64,000 nucleotides of DNA from Patescibacteria group bacterium (GTDB lineage Bacteria > Patescibacteriota > Patescibacteriia > GWA2-46-9), in NCBI GenBank assembly GCA_041660005.1, contig JBAZXG010000006.1, positions 1,879-65,878 of the forward strand, read 5' to 3'. Made by a program: the position numbers and the translations under genes. The first letter of the stretch is position 1, and each line of letters begins with the position of its first letter. The notes beneath the pieces were generated by a model. The model did not search any database, was not told the origin of the DNA, and saw nothing but the letters and a program-made list of their open reading frames with translations. Positions 58,136 through 64,000 of the stretch are shown here, in pieces.

Positions 58136-60121
58136 CTAGGCAATGAACCTGCGCTGCTCAACCTCGGTAAAGATATCCATCATGTCCCCCTCGGCTAGTT
58201 TGGGAGCACTGATAATTTCAAAGCCGCACTCGGATGAACTTGCAGCTTCCCGTATTTCTTCTTTCCCCGACTGAATTTTTTTAATAATACCAGTACCAAT
58301 ACGCTCGCCCTGCCGACGGATGGCAATTGTTGCATCTACCTTAGCGAGTCCTTTTGTTACCCGTACCCCAACCACCTGCCGCTTCGCCTCTTGAATGAAT
58401 ATTTTAAGGATTTTACCTTCGCCAAGATCGGTGTGAATTATTTCCGGTGTTAATTCGGCAGAAATTTTGGCTTTGAGATCATTGATAAGAGAATAAATAA
58501 CGTCATAGCGCTTGATATCAACTTTCAATTCATCAGCCAGCGCAGCAGCTTCTTTGGTCGTCTGCACTCGGAACGCTGCAATGAAGGCGTTCGCCGTTGC
58601 AGACGCGCGCTGTACATCACCCTCCGTGATGTTACCGAGGCCCTTACTAACGACCTGCACGCGAACCTCTGGCTGAGAAAGTTTTTCTATAGATTCCAAA
58701 ATTGCTTCCAAAGACCCCAGAACGTCAGTTTTTACTACCACTGGCATAACTTTCTGGCCAGCCGCCTCTGAGTCGTCACGGGGGGCAGTAATCGTCACGG
58801 CAGAACTCTGACGACGTAATCGTTTGCGTTTCGCTGTTTTGTACTCTTTCAGCGGATCACTAACCTCAAGTACATCACCAACCTCGGGCGCATCTTTCAA
58901 ACCAAGAATTCGAATAGGCGTTGAGGGCAACGCTTCGCGCACAACTTCTCCTAAATAATTTTTTAAAACGCGCGCCTTGCCGACAAACGAGTCACCGTGC
59001 ACTAACACATCATCCTGATGTAACGTTCCGTTCTGCACGAGCAGCGTTGCCACTGGACCTTCGCCGGGATCAACGCGCGCTTCAATCACCGAACCAAGCG
59101 CTGAGGCACCAGCGTCGGCAACAATACGTTCAGCATACAAGTCAGCGACCAGCAGTACCATCTCGAGTAGCTTATCAATATTCTCTCCGCTCTTTGCAGA
59201 AATTGGCACGCAAATTGTTTTTCCACCCCAATCTTCTGGCAACAAATTGATTGCCGCCAGTTCTTGTTTAACGCGTTCTATATTTGCTCCCGGCTTATCG
59301 GTTTTATTAATCGCCACAACAAAAGGAAGGCCAGCACCCTGAATCATGCCGAGTGCCTCATGGGTTTGCGGTTTCAACCCATCATCTGCGGCAACAACCA
59401 AAATCGCAATATCTGCCACTTTGGCTCCCCGAGAACGCATCGTACGAAAGGCCTCGTGGCCCGGTGTATCGATGAATGTTATAATTTTCCCTTCATGACG
59501 CACTTGGTAGGCACCAATGTGCTGCGTGATACCACCACTTTCGCGAGCAGCAACGTCGCTTTTCCGAATAGCATCAAGTAATGTTGTCTTACCGTGATCC
59601 ACATGACCCATAACAACGACCACCGGAGGACGAGGCTGCGTTTCTACGTTAAGTAACACTCTCTTTAAGGTTTCCGCGACGCCAACCGTCCCCTCGCCAG
59701 AACCGCTTTCGCCTTTCTCCTTAACGGTAAAACCAAGATCCTCAGCCACAACAGCGGCAGTCGCAAAATCAAGACGCTCGTTTACTGATGAAAGAATTCC
59801 GTTTTTTAAAAGCTCGGTCATCAGCAAAGGAACACTGATGCCAAGAGTTTCCGCGAGTTCCCGAACAGTAATCTCAGACGGCAAGGCAACGCCAGTACTG
59901 GCAGCAGCAACGGCTTCCTGAATTTCCGCTTGCTTCTTTTCTTCTTTTTGGCGATGCTCAATATCACGCATCGCGGCAGCATAAGTGCGCAAAATCTTCG
60001 TCGCCACCCGATCGTCAACCTTAATGGCTTTACGCCCAATATCAAAACCAAGCTTAGGAAGATTTTCCTTAAGGTCGTTGGGTGAGACTTTCAACCGTCT
60101 CGCGAGTTCGCTAAGATTCAT
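58136..60121 (-). CDS. infB: Translation initiation factor IF-2
   Basis: G-domain [29 protein letters not shown]. The track ORF extends to 60286 at an alternative start. The start at [10 protein letters not shown] (60121) is preferred because the IF2 N-domain begins there and this leaves room for the divergent truB. Confidence 0.85.
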   Translation of the reverse strand: MNLSELARRLKVSPNDLKENLPKLGFDIGRKAIKVDDRVATKILRTYAAAMRDIEHRQKEEKKQAEIQEAVAAASTGVALPSEITVRELAETLGISVPLLMTELLKNGILSSVNERLDFATAAVVAEDLGFTVKEKGESGSGEGTVGVAETLKRVLLNVETQPRPPVVVVMGHVDHGKTTLLDAIRKSDVAARESGGITQHIGAYQVRHEGKIITFIDTPGHEAFRTMRSRGAKVADIAILVVAADDGLKPQTHEALGMIQGAGLPFVVAINKTDKPGANIERVKQELAAINLLPEDWGGKTICVPISAKSGENIDKLLEMVLLVADLYAERIVADAGASALGSVIEARVDPGEGPVATLLVQNGTLHQDDVLVHGDSFVGKARVLKNYLGEVVREALPSTPIRILGLKDAPEVGDVLEVSDPLKEYKTAKRKRLRRQSSAVTITAPRDDSEAAGQKVMPVVVKTDVLGSLEAILESIEKLSQPEVRVQVVSKGLGNITEGDVQRASATANAFIAAFRVQTTKEAAALADELKVDIKRYDVIYSLINDLKAKISAELTPEIIHTDLGEGKILKIFIQEAKRQVVGVRVTKGLAKVDATIAIRRQGERIGTGIIKKIQSGKEEIREAASSSECGFEIISAPKLAEGDMMDIFTEVEQRRFIA

Positions 60122-60169
60122 AAGGTTTTGATTATAGAAGAAATATACCAAAACGTCAACAATTCTACT

Positions 60170-60889
60170 ATGACTCCCCAAGGTTTTCTCTTTGTTGATA
60201 AGCCAATCGGCCCAACTTCTCACGACGTGGTCGCTCATGTTCGCCGTGTACTGTCCGTCGGCAGTGGCAAGGTTAAAGTTGGTCACGCCGGCACACTCGA
60301 CCCACTAGCAAGTGGGCTCCTGATTCTTGGCATAGGAAGTGCTACTAAAGCGCTTGGTCTTCTGGTGGGACTCCCTAAACGCTACCAGTGTTCAATACGG
60401 CTAGGCGCAACAACGATTACGGACGATAGCGAGGCGCTTCCTGAACCAACAGAAGGCGCTCACGCACCAGGTAAACATGAAATCGATCAAGTACTCCAGC
60501 ATTTTATTGGCAAACAAGAACAGCGGCCACCTGTTTTCTCAGCAAAAAAACAACAAGGTACTCCGCTTTATAAATTGGCTCGCGCCGGAAAAAACGTTGA
60601 ACCTAAGAACCACTGGATTAGTATTACCGAACTATCCTGCGTAAATTTTGCCTACCCAAAGCTCGACATTGACGTTGCCTGTTCATCTGGAACCTACATT
60701 CGCTCTCTAGCACGAGACATTGGCGAATCTCTGAAAACGGGAGGATATGTTCAAAAACTACGCCGAACCGTAATTGGTCCTTTTGAGGTAACCGCAAGTG
60801 TCCCCTATGAACAGCTAACCTTTGAAACAATCATGAAAAACTTAATAACACCTGAAAATGTACTTATTATTGCGAATAAGGCGAAGTAG
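60170..60889 (+). CDS. truB: tRNA pseudouridine(55) synthase TruB
   Basis: FLFVDKP..., catalytic Asp in GHAGTLDPLASGLL. The track ORF starts at 60128 and the preferred start is MTPQGF at 60170. Divergent from infB. Confidence 0.85.
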   Translation: MTPQGFLFVDKPIGPTSHDVVAHVRRVLSVGSGKVKVGHAGTLDPLASGLLILGIGSATKALGLLVGLPKRYQCSIRLGATTITDDSEALPEPTEGAHAPGKHEIDQVLQHFIGKQEQRPPVFSAKKQQGTPLYKLARAGKNVEPKNHWISITELSCVNFAYPKLDIDVACSSGTYIRSLARDIGESLKTGGYVQKLRRTVIGPFEVTASVPYEQLTFETIMKNLITPENVLIIANKAK

Positions 60890-60966
60890 TAAGAAAAAGA
60901 CGACTCGTGTTGACGTTGTACAAAAATCTGCTATGCTGATTCCTACCTTTATCCGTTATTAACTTT

Positions 60967-61230
60967 ATGCCTAATAAACCAAGCGCTGCAAAAGCCCTTC
61001 GTCAATCCATTAAAAAAACCGTTATCCATCTTAAGGTCAAGGATGAATTGAAGCGCTCTCTCAAGCGTGCCCGCCGCGCAGTTGAGGCAAAATCAGCCGA
61101 TGCAGAAATGGCAGTTAAAGAGGCCGCTCGTCTGATTGATCGCTCAATCAGAAAAAAAATACTGAAAAAAAATGCTGCAGCGCGAACAAAGTCGCGTCTG
61201 GTCAAACTTTTGCAGAAACGTAAGTCGTAA
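60967..61230 (+). CDS. rpsT: 30S ribosomal protein S20
   Basis: 87 aa, MPNKPSAAKALRQSIKKTV... highly basic helical protein typical of S20. Confidence 0.85.
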   Translation: MPNKPSAAKALRQSIKKTVIHLKVKDELKRSLKRARRAVEAKSADAEMAVKEAARLIDRSIRKKILKKNAAARTKSRLVKLLQKRKS

Positions 61231-62149
61231 GAAAACGTACCAGCGCGGTTTTTCCGTCTAACTGTCCAGTTTTAATTGCCAGGTCTACATCCGCTAACGC
61301 GGTGTAGGCCTCTTTTGTATGTAACGGATCTGCTGCACGCGCTACGTTTGTCAGCTTCTTAATAACATACGGATGCACGCCGAAAAGCGCTTTCTTATTG
61401 GTAGGTGATGAATCCGTCAGTAAAAAAATAATGCGTAGTTGCTGTTCCAGAAGTGTAATTAATAACTCAGGAGCCAACCCATTATCGAGTTGCTCACTCA
61501 AGCGCGGCAGAGCAGCAGCAAGATCCCCGGAAGTGATTGCCTCCACCAAACCAAAAATGTTGTCGTCAACGCTCGGAACACTGAGCTGCATTACTGTAGC
61601 AGTGTCCACTGCCGCGGCTCGCGGCAGGTAGGCGTCAATTTTCTGTATGGCATTGCTGAGGGCCCAAGGGTCATCACCTACACGGCGCAATAGGTCATCG
61701 ACAGCTGCTGGCACTATCTGACGTTCGCGATTATTAAATTCTTCTTTTACAAAACGTTGTAATTCAGCGTGTCCCATTTTCGGAAACGACTGGCAGTAAG
61801 CATGACGACGCAGCCAAGCCAAGAGTTTATGTTTAGTTTTTGGCTCATCTTCTTCATAAAAAATAATAACGTTGCCGTCTTTTACCTGTTGGCTAATTGC
61901 TTCTTCAACAGCATCAAATACGGCGAGCTTTTTTTGTGAGAATAAATTTTCAATAATGAGTAAGCGGCGGCGAGCAATCAGCGACCCCGTACTGAGGTGG
62001 TGTCGAACATCAGCAACTTCAAGCGTACTTCCGTCAATGGTACTACTCGAAAGGCCTGAACTATCAACCTCTGTATAGAACTTGTCACGCAAGGAAGCTA
62101 ACTTCTTACGCGCTCGATAACTATCGGGTCCGGTAATTAAAAAAACCAT
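61202..62149 (-). CDS. holA: DNA polymerase III subunit delta (HolA-like clamp-loader subunit)
   Basis: 315 aa; N-terminal MVFLITGPDSYRARKK and overall length/position next to polA. Convergent 29-nt overlap with rpsT. Confidence 0.65.
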   Translation of the reverse strand: MVFLITGPDSYRARKKLASLRDKFYTEVDSSGLSSSTIDGSTLEVADVRHHLSTGSLIARRRLLIIENLFSQKKLAVFDAVEEAISQQVKDGNVIIFYEEDEPKTKHKLLAWLRRHAYCQSFPKMGHAELQRFVKEEFNNRERQIVPAAVDDLLRRVGDDPWALSNAIQKIDAYLPRAAAVDTATVMQLSVPSVDDNIFGLVEAITSGDLAAALPRLSEQLDNGLAPELLITLLEQQLRIIFLLTDSSPTNKKALFGVHPYVIKKLTNVARAADPLHTKEAYTALADVDLAIKTGQLDGKTALVRFLTTYVSAKV

Positions 62150-62151
62150 AG

Positions 62152-64000
62152 TTATACGATATTGAAAGCTTTGAGATTACCCCAGCTGTCCCCTGCTTTC
62201 ATATTAACTTCAATCGGTGCGGCAAGAGAAGCAACAACAACCATAGAATCCCGCACAACTTTACCTACGAGAGCAACCTCTTCACGAGGAACCTCAAGAA
62301 CGAGTTCGTCGTGAACCTGGAGCACTAATTTTGTACGCGGCGAAATGCCAGGCAAAAGGTCAAAAACGCGAATCATAGCGAGCTTCATGATGTCCGCAGC
62401 TGTTCCTTGAACTGGCATATTTACCGCCATCCTCTCTCCGGACTGGCGCACCTGTGCTACTCCTGAATTCAATTCAGGTAAGTAGCGACGTCGTCCAAAA
62501 AGTGTTTCTGCGTATCCTAACTTTCGCGCCGACACAACCACCTCATCTAAGTATTGTTTAATGCCGTCAAACGTAGAAAAGTAACGATCAATAAACGACC
62601 GCGCTTCCTCATTTGAAAGGCCAGTTCTGGAAGCAAGCCCCCACGCTCCCATACCATAAAGAACGCCAAAGTTAACTTCTTTGGCAGCATAACGCATGGT
62701 GCTCGTAACCTCGGCTAGTGACACATTATTAATGCGGGCAGCGGTTGCCTGGTGAATATCTTCACCACGTTTAAAAATGCCGAGCATTGTTGCGTCATTA
62801 GCTAACGACGCAACAATACGCAGCTCAATTTGAGAATAGTCAGCGGACAAGAGCAGCATGCCGCTCTCGGCAATGAAAGCATTGCGAACTTCGGCACCCA
62901 GTTCGGTCCGAACCGGAATATTCTGGAGATTTGGCTCAGACGACGAAAGTCGCCCCGTTGCTGTTATGGTTTGGTTGAAACTGGTGTGGAGTCTGTTAGT
63001 CTTGCTGTCGATCATGGCAGGCAAGGCATCAAGGTAGGTCGACCGTAATTTTGCCAGTTCCCGATATTCAAGAATGGCATCAATAATAGGATGGGAGCCA
63101 CGCATCTTGTCCAATTCAGCTGCGGCAGTTGAAAATCCCGTCTTCGTTTTGCTGATGCCAGACGTTGAAAGCTTCATTTTTTCAAAAAGAATGTGACCCA
63201 ACTGTTTCGGGGAAGCTACATTGAAAGAAGTACCGGCAAGCGTGGTAATCTTCTGCTCAAGTTCCGTAAGCCGCTTACTAACGCGACTGCTCAAACGACC
63301 CAAAATAGCCGGATCAAGTTTGATACCATTTTCTTCCATGGTCGCCAAAACGGGTATGAGCGGCACCTCTATGGTAGCAAAAAGTTTCGCGAGGCCATTA
63401 TCTTGTAATGCTTGACCGAGTTTTTTAGACAACCGATAAGTGTAATCAGCATCTTCACAGGCGTACTCAGCTAGTTCATCAAGCGGTACATCCGCCATGC
63501 TCTTCTGCTCTCCCTTTGCTTCTCCAATAAGATGAGTAATAGGGATTTTTCGATGACCAAACTCAGTAAAAGTAACCGTATTTAAATCGTGCGACCGTGA
63601 TCCCGGATTCAATAAGTATGAAGCGACCATGGTATCTCCGGCTATACCCGCTAAAGAAACCCCAGCTTGCCGCAGCACTTCCATGTCATACTTAATGTTA
63701 TGCCCCCACTTTTTCACACTGCTACTTTCTAAAATGGGGCGCAATGCTTCCAAGTACTCTGCGTGCTTTGCGACGGCAATGTAATATGCTTCACCCTCAC
63801 TCCAAGAGAACGACAGACCAAGTAAGGTAGCCGCAAACGGGTTAATATCTGTTGTTTCAGTGTCGAGCGCGAAAATTTGCTGCTCTTTTATTTTCTTTAA
63901 TACCTGATCAAATGCTTTATCGTCGTTTACGAGCAAGTAGTGCTCTTGACGCTGACGGTCCTCGTGCGAGCCATTCTGACGCTCTCTTGTTTTTGCGCTC
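62152..64000 (-). CDS. polA: DNA polymerase I, 3'-partial view (3'-5' exo + polymerase domains in window; N-terminal part continues past 64000)
   Basis: Pol A motifs (DYSQIELR, RRxAKxxNFGxxYG, VHDE). The track ORF begins at a TTG at 63936, but the frame stays open to the window edge. Confidence 0.9.
   Translation of the reverse strand, partial: SAKTRERQNGSHEDRQRQEHYLLVNDDKAFDQVLKKIKEQQIFALDTETTDINPFAATLLGLSFSWSEGEAYYIAVAKHAEYLEALRPILESSSVKKWGHNIKYDMEVLRQAGVSLAGIAGDTMVASYLLNPGSRSHDLNTVTFTEFGHRKIPITHLIGEAKGEQKSMADVPLDELAEYACEDADYTYRLSKKLGQALQDNGLAKLFATIEVPLIPVLATMEENGIKLDPAILGRLSSRVSKRLTELEQKITTLAGTSFNVASPKQLGHILFEKMKLSTSGISKTKTGFSTAAAELDKMRGSHPIIDAILEYRELAKLRSTYLDALPAMIDSKTNRLHTSFNQTITATGRLSSSEPNLQNIPVRTELGAEVRNAFIAESGMLLLSADYSQIELRIVASLANDATMLGIFKRGEDIHQATAARINNVSLAEVTSTMRYAAKEVNFGVLYGMGAWGLASRTGLSNEEARSFIDRYFSTFDGIKQYLDEVVVSARKLGYAETLFGRRRYLPELNSGVAQVRQSGERMAVNMPVQGTAADIMKLAMIRVFDLLPGISPRTKLVLQVHDELVLEVPREEVALVGKVVRDSMVVVASLAAPIEVNMKAGDSWGNLKAFNIV

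Overview
This 64 kb window comes from a compact bacterial genome with many overlapping or tightly packed genes, moderate AT content and the standard genetic code; TGA is used as a stop inside ATGA overlaps. The gene content and style suggest a CPR/Patescibacteria-like organism, but that is inference. Housekeeping genes recognised by motif are leuS, uvrA, rsmA/ksgA, tsaC, secG, rnj, parB, trmD, rpsP, rny, ymdB, clpP, nrnA, rbfA, infB, truB, rpsT, holA and a partial polA. There is one solo 16S rRNA with its leader/trailer processing stem and no 23S/5S beside it. Six tRNAs are present: Leu-CAG, Leu-CAA, Ile-GAT, Phe-GAA, Pro-TGG and His-GTG.

Four things stand out:
1. An 11-gene minus-strand operon (38546-51348) built from one stand-alone PEP-synthase/PPDK-type ATP-grasp domain protein plus six divergent ~500 aa paralogs that each end in a PEP-utilizing phosphohistidine swivel domain, interleaved with NUDIX, HAD-like and a possible His-phosphatase gene. 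This looks like a split, diversified Rph/PpsA-like dikinase system.
2. A modular, hairpin-rich repeat family inserted immediately beside three of the six tRNA genes (Leu-CAG, His, and the Phe-Pro pair), plus a fragment near 52.8 kb. It brackets the dikinase operon.
3. A ~2 kb ORF-free, GC-enriched, highly structured region (51349-53375) directly upstream of that operon, with a good plus-strand promoter and terminator. It is a candidate large ncRNA.
4. A >1080 aa secreted Cys-rich protein gene running off the left edge on the minus strand (1..3252). It is absent from the supplied ORF track because it has no in-window stop. It sits in a surface-protein/DsbA neighbourhood.
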